Shown here in pieces: positions 8,425 through 16,218 of a stretch of DNA of 16,218 nucleotides. This DNA is from a virus: UHGV virus genome UHGV-0099062, one strand, 5' to 3'. The position numbers were made by a program, and so were the translations under genes. Below the pieces are notes generated by a model. The model was not told the origin of the DNA, did no database searches, and saw nothing but the letters and a program-made list of their open reading frames with translations. Position 1 is the first letter of the stretch. The number at the start of each line of letters is the position of its first letter.

Positions 8425-8866
8425 TCTCGTTCTAAAGGCTTTACGAAAAGCCGGGCTGTATTCCAATGCCACGTTGACAGATGCTGACCCTCAGGCAATT
8501 GAAGATGCCATTAATGACCTCGAAGACATGATGGCAGCATGGCAGGCTAAAGGTATCGAGCTTGGATATCAGTTTGCTGATACAGAAAACGGCATCATGC
8601 CGTTACCTGACGATGATTCAGGTATCCCTGCATGGGCAAATGATGGCGTCGCTTTGAAACTCGCTGTGCAAGTGTGCATGGATAACGTCATTCAGCCGTC
8701 AGACGCTCTCCTTACCGCTGCTGACAGTGCATATCAAACAATCTGTATCGCTTTAACCAAAATACCACCACTTGAGCGGCGAAATGATATGCCTCGCGGG
8801 GCGGGGTTAAAAAGCGCGTTTACGTGGAATCGGTTTTACATCGAGAAAGATGATCCGAGTACGTGA
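8405..8866 (+). CDS. gp4: Head-completion / tail adaptor protein (P22 gp4 homolog)
   Basis: [47 protein letters not shown] matches the P22 gp4 N-terminus pattern (TKGDLV..ALRK.G...ATLTD.EPQ...A.DDLE.MMA.W) and its position. Confidence 0.9.
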   Translation: [153 protein letters not shown]

Positions 8867-8875
8867 GGTGAATAA

Positions 8876-10294
8876 ATGCCGATTCAGCAACTTCCGCTTA
8901 TGAAAGGTGTCGGCAAAGACTTTAGAAACGCCGACTATATCGACTATCTGCCAATGAATATGTTGGCTACACCCAAAGAAATCCTGAACAGCAGCGGATA
9001 TCTTCGCTCATTCCCTGGCATTGCCAAACGCTCTGATGTGAACGGTGTATCTCGCGGCGTCGAGTACAACATGGCGCAGAATGCTGTTTATCGCGTATGT
9101 GGTGGTAAGCTGTACAAAGGAGAAAGTGAAGTCGGTGACGTCGCCGGAAGTGGTCGCGTATCAATGGCGCATGGTCGAACATCTCAGGCTGTAGGCGTTA
9201 ATGGTCAACTGGTCGAGTATCGCTATGATGGCACGGTTAAAACCGTCTCAAACTGGCCTACAGACAGTGGATTCACGCAGTATGAGTTAGGCTCAGTCCG
9301 CGACATTACGCGCTTGCGTGGGCGTTATGCGTGGTCAAAAGACGGCACTGATTCATGGTTTATCACTGACCTTGAAGACGAATCGCATCCTGACCGTTAC
9401 AGCGCACAATATCGTGCCGAGTCTCAGCCGGACGGCATCATCGGTATCGGAACATGGCGAGACTTCATCGTCTGCTTTGGCTCATCGACGATTGAATATT
9501 TCTCCCTGACGGGCGCAACCACTGTTGGTGCCGCTTTGTATGTCGCACAACCATCGCTGATGGTGCAGAAAGGCATCGCCGGAACCTACTGCAAAACGCC
9601 GTTTGCTGATTCGTATGCGTTCATCAGCAATCCGGCAACAGGTGCGCCGTCTGTATACATCATCGGCTCCGGTCAGGTGTCACCAATCGCCAGCGCGAGC
9701 ATTGAGAAAATCCTCCGCTCCTACACTGCTGATGAACTGGCTGATGGCGTGATGGAATCGTTGCGCTTTGATGCTCATGAGTTGCTGATTATCCACCTTC
9801 CGCGCCACGTCCTAGTATATGACGCATCTTCAAGCGCTAATGGTCCGCAATGGTGTGTGCTGAAAACAGGCTTGTATGACGATGTGTACCGCGCTATCGA
9901 CTTCATTTACGAAGGCAATCAGATAACGTGCGGAGATAAGCTGGAATCGGTTATCGGCAAATTGCAGTTCGACATCAGCAGCCAGTATGGGCTACAGCAA
10001 GAACATATTTTATTTTCACCATTAATAAAGGCAGATAATGTCATTATTAATGACCTTGAATTAGAAACATCAGGCGGCGTGTGTGATAGAATAGATAAAA
10101 TATTTATATCAGCAACAACAGATGGAATAAATTACGGCAGGGAACAAATGGTCGTATTGCAATCTCCATTTGTATATGACAATCGAGTCTTATGGCGCAG
10201 GATTGGAAGAGTTAGACGTCTCATCGGTTTTAAATTCAGAGTTATTGCAAAAGGCCCGGTTACATTATCCGGACTGTCTATTCGTACAACATAA
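8876..10294 (+). CDS. gp10: Tail hub / head-completion protein (P22 gp10 homolog)
   Basis: 472 aa, the same length as P22 gp10, with near-identity over long stretches as remembered (MPIQQLP.MKG.GKDF.NADYIDYLP.NMLATPKEILNSSGYLRSFPGI...). The last ~100 codons are AT-rich. Confidence 0.95.
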   Translation: MPIQQLPLMKGVGKDFRNADYIDYLPMNMLATPKEILNSSGYLRSFPGIAKRSDVNGVSRGVEYNMAQNAVYRVCGGKLYKGESEVGDVAGSGRVSMAHGRTSQAVGVNGQLVEYRYDGTVKTVSNWPTDSGFTQYELGSVRDITRLRGRYAWSKDGTDSWFITDLEDESHPDRYSAQYRAESQPDGIIGIGTWRDFIVCFGSSTIEYFSLTGATTVGAALYVAQPSLMVQKGIAGTYCKTPFADSYAFISNPATGAPSVYIIGSGQVSPIASASIEKILRSYTADELADGVMESLRFDAHELLIIHLPRHVLVYDASSSANGPQWCVLKTGLYDDVYRAIDFIYEGNQITCGDKLESVIGKLQFDISSQYGLQQEHILFSPLIKADNVIINDLELETSGGVCDRIDKIFISATTDGINYGREQMVVLQSPFVYDNRVLWRRIGRVRRLIGFKFRVIAKGPVTLSGLSIRTT

Positions 10295-10315
10295 ATCGAA
10301 ACTTAAGGAGTAGAT

Positions 10316-10861
10316 ATGTTAAGTGAAGATATTAGAGATGTAGTTGGTTATGAGGGGCTTTATGCGGTAACTCGTGATGGTAGAGTTTACTCTCACTCAA
10401 GGATAATAAATACATGCCATGGGGCTACTCGATTAATGAAGGGTAGATGGCTGAAGCCAGCAAAGGATGGGGGCGGATATCTATTTGTTGGTCTCTGTAA
10501 GGATGGAGAGGTTAAACCAAAAAAAATACATCGAATTGTTGCTGAGGCATTTATTGAAAACAAAGAATCTAAACCATTCATCAACCATATAGATAATAAT
10601 AATCAAAATAATAATGTAGAAAATCTTGAATGGTGTACGCAACATGAAAACATGCAGCATTGCTCTAGAAGCGGTAGGGTGAAAATACCTCATTATGTGG
10701 GTTCTGAACATCCATCGTCCAAATTAAATGAAGATATAGTTCTGGTCATAAAAAATGATTTGATTACGCCAATTAGCGAGTTAGCTGCAAGATATAATGT
10801 GACTGTTCAGGCCATACACGCCATTAAAAAAGGGAAGACATGGAGGCATGTGAATGGCTGA
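10316..10861 (+). CDS. Free-standing HNH homing endonuclease (NUMOD4 + HNH_3 + C-terminal HTH)
   Basis: NUMOD4 motif [18 protein letters not shown]; HNH_3 core [46 protein letters not shown]; C-terminal HTH-like [45 protein letters not shown]. Strong RBS AAGGAG 7 nt upstream. Hand counts on 60-nt samples give about 22% GC here versus about 48-52% in flanking genes. Confidence 0.9.
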   Translation: MLSEDIRDVVGYEGLYAVTRDGRVYSHSRIINTCHGATRLMKGRWLKPAKDGGGYLFVGLCKDGEVKPKKIHRIVAEAFIENKESKPFINHIDNNNQNNNVENLEWCTQHENMQHCSRSGRVKIPHYVGSEHPSSKLNEDIVLVIKNDLITPISELAARYNVTVQAIHAIKKGKTWRHVNG

Positions 10862-11555
10862 TCCCAATCTCAACGTGCCAGTAACTATCCAGGCCACCCG
10901 GCTAGACACATCAATCCTTCCACGCAATATATTCAGCCAGTCTTACCTGCTGTATGTCATTAATCAGGGGGCTGATGTCGGCGCAATTGCCGGGAAGGCA
11001 AATCAGGCTGGTCAGGGCGCTTACGATGCTCAGGTGAAAAACGATGAACAGGACGTCGAACTGGCAGATCACGATTCAAGAATCACCGCAAACACAAAAG
11101 CGATAAATCTCCTTGAGGTCAGGTTAACAACCGCCGAAGGGAAGATAGTCGTACTGCGTAGCGATGTTGATTACTTGCTGGATGAGGTTATCGATATTCA
11201 GGCGCATCTGGTCACTGTTGACAAAAGACTGGATGGCGTAGAAAGCGATGTATCTGACATTAAGAGTGATTACGTATCGAAAACCGTAACCAAATTGCAG
11301 TCTCTTGCGTCACCGCTGGATGTAAAAACATCATATTCAGTTGATGGAATTCAGGTTGTTGGAGCAAGAAATACCGGATGGACTGCAGCCACAGGTACAC
11401 CTCTTCTTGGCTCATTCAACGCTAACCAGTCATACACGGTCGGCACTACGTACACACAATCCGAAGTCGCAGCTATCGCTACAGGTTTGGAGCAGGCGCG
11501 GCAGCGTATTCTGGCGCTTGAAACAGCACTTAGATTACATGGGTTGATTGACTGA
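10854..11555 (+). CDS. gp26: Tail needle protein (P22 gp26 homolog), trimeric coiled-coil fibre
   Basis: 233 aa. [36 protein letters not shown]...[31 protein letters not shown] and C-terminal ...[21 protein letters not shown] match P22 gp26. Start overlaps the HNH stop (ATGGCTGA); stop overlaps the gp14 start (TGATG). Confidence 0.95.
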   Translation: MADPNLNVPVTIQATRLDTSILPRNIFSQSYLLYVINQGADVGAIAGKANQAGQGAYDAQVKNDEQDVELADHDSRITANTKAINLLEVRLTTAEGKIVVLRSDVDYLLDEVIDIQAHLVTVDKRLDGVESDVSDIKSDYVSKTVTKLQSLASPLDVKTSYSVDGIQVVGARNTGWTAATGTPLLGSFNANQSYTVGTTYTQSEVAAIATGLEQARQRILALETALRLHGLID

Positions 11556-12010
11556 TGATTACATTCAAACCAACGCGAAACATCGACCTGATAGAAGCTG
11601 TCGGAAATCACCCTGACATTATTGCCGGAAGCAACAACGGTGATGGATACGACTATAAACATGATTGCCGTTACTTTGAGGTGAACGTGCACGGGCAGTT
11701 CGGCGGCATTGTTTACTATCAGGAGATTCAGCCGCTTACATTCGATTGCCACGCCATGTACCTGCCAGAGGTTCGCGGATTCAGCAAGGAAATCGGGCTG
11801 GCGTTCTGGCGATACATTCTGACTAACACCACCGTTCAGTGCGTCACATCGTTCGCTGCACGCAAATTCCGCCACGGGCAGATGTACTGCGCAATGATTG
11901 GCCTTAAGCGTGTAGGAACCATCAAGAAATACTTCAAAGGCGTGGATGACGTGACGTTTTACAGCGCCACACGCGAAGAACTAATCGACTTCCTGAATCA
12001 CGGGAGATAG
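11555..12010 (+). CDS. gp14: P22 gp14-like virion/head assembly protein
   Basis: 151-aa ORF at the position of P22 gene 14 between tail needle and ejection proteins; translationally coupled to gp26. Confidence 0.8.
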   Translation: MITFKPTRNIDLIEAVGNHPDIIAGSNNGDGYDYKHDCRYFEVNVHGQFGGIVYYQEIQPLTFDCHAMYLPEVRGFSKEIGLAFWRYILTNTTVQCVTSFAARKFRHGQMYCAMIGLKRVGTIKKYFKGVDDVTFYSATREELIDFLNHGR

Positions 12011-12012
12011 CC

Positions 12013-12705
12013 ATGTTATATGCATTTAAGCTGGGCAGAAAACTGCGCGGCGAGGAACCGTATTGCCCTGAAAAAGGCGGGAAAGGTGGCAGTTCTGATA
12101 AAAGTGCAAAGTATGCCGCAGAAGCTCAGAAGTATGCCGCAGACCTGCAAAATCAGCAGTTCAACACCATCATGAACAACCTGAAGCCGTTTACTCCTCT
12201 GGCTGGGAAGTATGTCGGCAGCCTTGAGAACTTATCGTCTCTGGAAGGGCAAGGTCAGGCACTTAACCAGTATTACAACTCTCAGCAGTATAAAGACCTT
12301 GCTGGTCAGGCTCGCTATCAGAGTCTGGCGGCAGCGGAAGCAACAGGTGGATTGGGTTCCACCGCAACCAGTAATCAGTTAGCAACAATCGCACCAACGC
12401 TTGGTCAGCAATGGCTGTCTGGACAAATGAACAATTACAACAACCTGGCAAATATCGGTCTTGGCGCTCTTCAGGGACAGGCAAACGCCGGGCAAACATA
12501 TGCCAACAACATGAGTCAGATTTCACAGCAAAGCGCGGCGCTGGCGGCGGCAAACGCCAACCGACCGTCAGCATTGCGGCAGGGTGTTAGTGGTGCTGCA
12601 TCCGGTGCGCTTTTGGGTGGTGGTATAGCCAGTGCTCTCGAGCTATCAACTCCGTGGGGTGCTGGTATCGGTGCTGGTCTTGGTCTGCTTGGTTCGCTGT
12701 TTTAA
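12013..12705 (+). CDS. gp7: Ejection (internal virion) protein, P22 gp7 homolog
   Basis: 230 aa. MLYAF.LGRKLRGEEP..PEKGGKGGSSDKSA.YAAEA.KYAADLQNQQFN and C-terminal ...WGAGIGAGLGLLGSLF match P22 gp7. Confidence 0.9.
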   Translation: MLYAFKLGRKLRGEEPYCPEKGGKGGSSDKSAKYAAEAQKYAADLQNQQFNTIMNNLKPFTPLAGKYVGSLENLSSLEGQGQALNQYYNSQQYKDLAGQARYQSLAAAEATGGLGSTATSNQLATIAPTLGQQWLSGQMNNYNNLANIGLGALQGQANAGQTYANNMSQISQQSAALAAANANRPSALRQGVSGAASGALLGGGIASALELSTPWGAGIGAGLGLLGSLF

Positions 12706-12715
12706 GGGGTAATCA

Positions 12716-14131
12716 ATGGCTACTTGGCAACAGGGTATTAATTCTGGTGGTTTTCTGGCTGGCATCGGTACGCAAAATGAGAATGCGCCAAAGGCAAGCG
12801 ACATTAACGCAACGCTTGGTCTGATCCGCGAAAACAATGAACTGGCTCGATCAGGTGCAAATAACGTTGGTCTGACCGCGTTACGTGGTCTGGCTGGAGT
12901 TGCTGATATTTATAAGCAGGAACAGCAACAGAAAGCTATTAGTGCGTTCAATAAGGTTCACGCTGATGCATGGGCTTCTGGTGATCCATCGGGACTATTT
13001 AAGTTTGCCCAGGAAAATCCAGCGTTTGTTGCACAGGCACAACAGGCGTTTTCCGGTCTTAATGAGCAGCAACGCAACGATATGGGCGAGTTAGCCATGA
13101 GGGCTAACGTCGCTCTTTCTCAGGGACCGGAAGCCTACAGTAAATTCATTACTGACAACAAGGACGGGTTAAATCGCGTGGGGGCGAATGCTGACTGGAT
13201 GATTCAGACAGGTATCCAGAATCCAGAGCAGCTATCACACATGCTGACTACTATGTCTCTCGGTGCGCTTGGACCAGAAAAGGCGTTTGCTGTTCAGGAT
13301 AAGATGGCTGGTCGTGAAATTGACCGAGGCAGGCTGGCAGAGACAATCCGCAGCAATCAGGCTGGAGAAGCACTTCAGGCGAGAGGGCAAAACCTTTCCT
13401 ATCAGTCAGCAATGACTGGACACAATATCGCAGCACAACGCTTGGCTCTGGATCAGCAAGAGTTCGGGTTTAAGATGCAGCAAGCACAGGAAAAGGCTCA
13501 GCAGTTGATTAGCGAAGCACCTAAGCTGTCAGTAAACATGGAAAAAGGCATCGAGACGGCTGTAAACAATGCTACAGCATCATCAAACTCAGCCAATTCT
13601 ATGAGTGCGCTTGCTCAACAGTTCAGAGCAGAAAAACCAACGACAGGTTTGTTCGGTAACGCACAGAACATGTTCGCAAAACTTACCGGAAGCGATACAA
13701 CATTGCGTGATTTGCGCATCCGCCAAAATGCCCTTGTTAACAGTCAGGTTCTTAAATTCCTACCTCCCGGCCCCGCAACGGATAAAGACGTTGAGATCGT
13801 TCGGCAGGGTGCACCAACTGACATGGATAACCCTGAGACGGTCGCAAGATGGCTTGATGCGATGGCAAACCTTGAGCGACGAAACGCGCAGTTTAATGAG
13901 TTTAAAGCCGAGTGGATGAGCGCGAATGGCAATCCAGGACAATCGCGTAATGGCGGTCAGATATTGGGGTTGGATGTTAAAAAAGGTGAATCATTGGGGA
14001 GTGCCGTTAAGCGGTATATGTCAATGAATACTGACGCAGCGCCAGCACAAGATTCGACACCTTCAGGAGAACCACGGAATCAGGTTGGATCATATACCTC
14101 AAAATCAGGCATTCAATTTACGGTGGAATGA
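12716..14131 (+). CDS. gp20: Ejection protein, P22 gp20 homolog
   Basis: 471 aa, the length of P22 gp20; position between gp7 and gp16; stop overlaps the gp16 start (ATGA). Confidence 0.9.
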   Translation: MATWQQGINSGGFLAGIGTQNENAPKASDINATLGLIRENNELARSGANNVGLTALRGLAGVADIYKQEQQQKAISAFNKVHADAWASGDPSGLFKFAQENPAFVAQAQQAFSGLNEQQRNDMGELAMRANVALSQGPEAYSKFITDNKDGLNRVGANADWMIQTGIQNPEQLSHMLTTMSLGALGPEKAFAVQDKMAGREIDRGRLAETIRSNQAGEALQARGQNLSYQSAMTGHNIAAQRLALDQQEFGFKMQQAQEKAQQLISEAPKLSVNMEKGIETAVNNATASSNSANSMSALAQQFRAEKPTTGLFGNAQNMFAKLTGSDTTLRDLRIRQNALVNSQVLKFLPPGPATDKDVEIVRQGAPTDMDNPETVARWLDAMANLERRNAQFNEFKAEWMSANGNPGQSRNGGQILGLDVKKGESLGSAVKRYMSMNTDAAPAQDSTPSGEPRNQVGSYTSKSGIQFTVE

Positions 14132-15969
14132 TGAAAGTAACTGCAAACGGTAAGACATTTACCTTTCCTGATGGTACGAGCACCGAAGATATTGGCACCG
14201 CCATTGATGAGTATTTTGCTGGTCAGGCTGTTCAGCAACAAACAGTTAATCAGGCCAATAATGCACCAACACGGGAAGAACCATCATTGATGCAACAAGC
14301 TGGCGATTGGCTCACTGGTGGTCAAAGTGCAGGGCAAATTGCAGAACAGGCTGGTCGTGGTCTGGTAAACATACCATTTGACGTATTGCAGGGCGGCGCA
14401 AGTCTGATTAATGCAATCAGCCAGGGGCTTGGTGGACCCAAGGTTTTGGATGATGTTTATCGTCCAGTAGACAGACCGACAGACCCCTACGCACAAGCCG
14501 GTGAAACAATTGGTGGGTATTTAGTTCCAGGAGTTGGAACGGCAGGAAGCATGGCTATTGGATCACTGGCAGAGGCCGCAAATCAGAAAGGCGATTTCGC
14601 ACAAAATGCAGCTAAAAATGCCGGAGTTAACCTTGCCGCTCAGGGTGTTCTTTCCGCCGCAGCAAAGGGAATAGGGCGTGGAATAACGGCTATAAAAGGT
14701 GATATTGCGCCAGAAGTGGCGAAGAAAATTGCCACATCAGAATCGATGGGCGTGACACCAATGACATCTGATGTTATCCCGCCGAAAAATGCTTTCACTC
14801 GCGGCCTTACTCAGGATGCCGAGGGGGCTTTGCTCGGGACAGGCTCAAAGCGAGCGGAGCAATATGCAACGCGTAGTAAGCTGGTAAGTAATTATTTTGA
14901 CCGTTTTGGTGAGTACAACCCTGATGATGTAGTGAAATCTCTGACCACCACGTTAAGGGGGAGGAAGGATGCCGCTGGCGCTGTTATCAATGACGTCACC
15001 AATAAAATGGGTAATGCCGCAGTTGATACCACAAATACCATGAATGCTCTGAATACAGCGATCGCAAGACAGGAACGACTTGGGACGTCTGCCAATCAAA
15101 GCCTGCTTACATCCTTGCGTAACCTACGTGAAGAATTAGCAAACCCTGCAACTGATTTGGATGTTACGTTTGATCTCTTGCGTCAGCACAGAACAGCATT
15201 TAGATCTAATGTTCAGGGAGATGCTATGGTCTTCCCCAACCAGGCAAAAGCAGCTACCAATATGGTAGAGAATGCAATGTCAAAAGACCTTCGTAACGCA
15301 GTTGCTAAAAACCTCGGTGCATCAGACGCAGCAAAATACCTTAAAGCAAATTCCGATTATGCAAACGTTTATAATAAGGTGCTTAATAAAAACATTGCTA
15401 ACAAACTCAACAAGGCAAGCAGTGAAGCCAGTCCTGAACTTATAAATACCGTTGTATTAAGCAGAAAACCATCTGACGTGAAACGAATCTGGAGCGCACT
15501 GGATGATAAAGGGAAAGATGCTATGCGTGCAGCTTACGTCAGCAAAATAGCGGAAAAGGCCGGTGACTCTCCAGCCAAGTTCATCACTGAAGTTAATAAG
15601 CTGAAATCTCAGTCAGGCGGTGAAATTTACAACACTATTTTTTCTGGAAAGCACATGAAAGAACTTGATGCTCTTCATGAAGTTCTGCAGCAAACAGCAA
15701 GGTCAGACACCGCAAATGTAGTAACTCAGACGGGGCAATCGCAAGCCAACAGGATAAGGACGATTGGCGCAACTGCGACTCTTGGCGTATCAATGGGGCT
15801 TGAGGCTGGTTTCGGTGCAATGATGCGCTTGTATGAGTCCAAAGCAGCAAGGAATGCGCTCTTACGTCTGGCAAACACCAAAGCAGGAACACCAGCCTAT
15901 GAAAGAGCGTTGAGTAACGCTGCAAATGCCATCAGGCCGCTGCTTGCTACTGAGGCAACACAGCAGTAA
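14128..15969 (+). CDS. gp16: Ejection protein, P22 gp16 homolog
   Basis: 613 aa, close to P22 gp16 in size; last gene of the conserved ejection-protein trio. Confidence 0.9.
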   Translation: MMKVTANGKTFTFPDGTSTEDIGTAIDEYFAGQAVQQQTVNQANNAPTREEPSLMQQAGDWLTGGQSAGQIAEQAGRGLVNIPFDVLQGGASLINAISQGLGGPKVLDDVYRPVDRPTDPYAQAGETIGGYLVPGVGTAGSMAIGSLAEAANQKGDFAQNAAKNAGVNLAAQGVLSAAAKGIGRGITAIKGDIAPEVAKKIATSESMGVTPMTSDVIPPKNAFTRGLTQDAEGALLGTGSKRAEQYATRSKLVSNYFDRFGEYNPDDVVKSLTTTLRGRKDAAGAVINDVTNKMGNAAVDTTNTMNALNTAIARQERLGTSANQSLLTSLRNLREELANPATDLDVTFDLLRQHRTAFRSNVQGDAMVFPNQAKAATNMVENAMSKDLRNAVAKNLGASDAAKYLKANSDYANVYNKVLNKNIANKLNKASSEASPELINTVVLSRKPSDVKRIWSALDDKGKDAMRAAYVSKIAEKAGDSPAKFITEVNKLKSQSGGEIYNTIFSGKHMKELDALHEVLQQTARSDTANVVTQTGQSQANRIRTIGATATLGVSMGLEAGFGAMMRLYESKAARNALLRLANTKAGTPAYERALSNAANAIRPLLATEATQQ

Positions 15970-15993
15970 CGTATGGGGAATTGGATTCAATCG

Positions 15994-16218
15994 TTAACAT
16001 TTTCTTTTTACTTTTCCAACAAAAGCTTTGGTTGAATCCATATTCCCATAACCAGAAATGGTTTTTGACATTAAAACTGTTCCAGTAGGATGTATTACCC
16101 ATGAGTCGATAACGCGTTGAGTTTCGCCATTCGCGCCGATTCCTATGATGGAGTTTTTAGACAATGCTGAACCGCCCCGGGAATCCTGGAGACTAAACTT
16201 CCTGAGAAAGAGGTAAAC
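15994..16218 (-). CDS. C-terminal 74 codons of a minus-strand gene that starts beyond the window; unknown accessory (moron-region) protein
   Basis: The reverse-complement frame is open from the window edge to a TAA at 15996..15994 (...SKNSIIGIGANGETQRVIDSWVIHPTGTVLMSKTISGYGNMDSTKAFVGKVKRKC*). The track does not list it because it has no start in the window. Local sequence is AT-rich; convergent with gp16. Confidence 0.4.
   Translation of the reverse strand, partial: VYLFLRKFSLQDSRGGSALSKNSIIGIGANGETQRVIDSWVIHPTGTVLMSKTISGYGNMDSTKAFVGKVKRKC

Noticed and set aside
1-16218. Searched for CRISPR arrays, tRNA/tmRNA genes, IS elements and an integrase/attachment site
   Set aside because: No regularly spaced direct repeats, no tRNA-like conserved arms, no transposase or integrase ORFs. 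The window is internal to the late operon.

Overview
This window is the late (lysis-to-virion) region of a P22-like temperate podovirus or prophage, with almost everything on the + strand. In order it holds: the 3' end of the lysis cassette (Rz i-spanin, truncated at the window edge, with Rz1 o-spanin embedded in the +1 frame), two tandem intrinsic terminators, a KilA-N domain gene, an 80-aa ORF, terS, terL, portal, scaffold, coat, a terminator, a small ORF, then homologs of P22 gp4, gp10, gp26 (tail needle), gp14 and the ejection proteins gp7, gp20 and gp16. Calls rest on reading the supplied translations against remembered P22 and lambda proteins; no search was run. The most notable feature is an AT-rich free-standing HNH homing-endonuclease gene (NUMOD4 + HNH_3 + C-terminal HTH) inserted exactly between gp10 and gp26, with its stop overlapping the gp26 start and a low-GC tract reaching back into the 3' end of gp10. 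The head genes (portal, scaffold, coat) look like a different P22-like subtype from P22 itself, while the tail and ejection genes are very P22-like. At the 3' edge a convergent minus-strand ORF enters the window in an AT-rich stretch, probably the start of the variable accessory region downstream of gene 16. I saw no tRNA, rRNA, CRISPR array, IS element or integrase. I cannot point to a clearly new multi-gene system; the candidates worth follow-up are the homing endonuclease, the KilA-N/non-coding region and the edge ORF.
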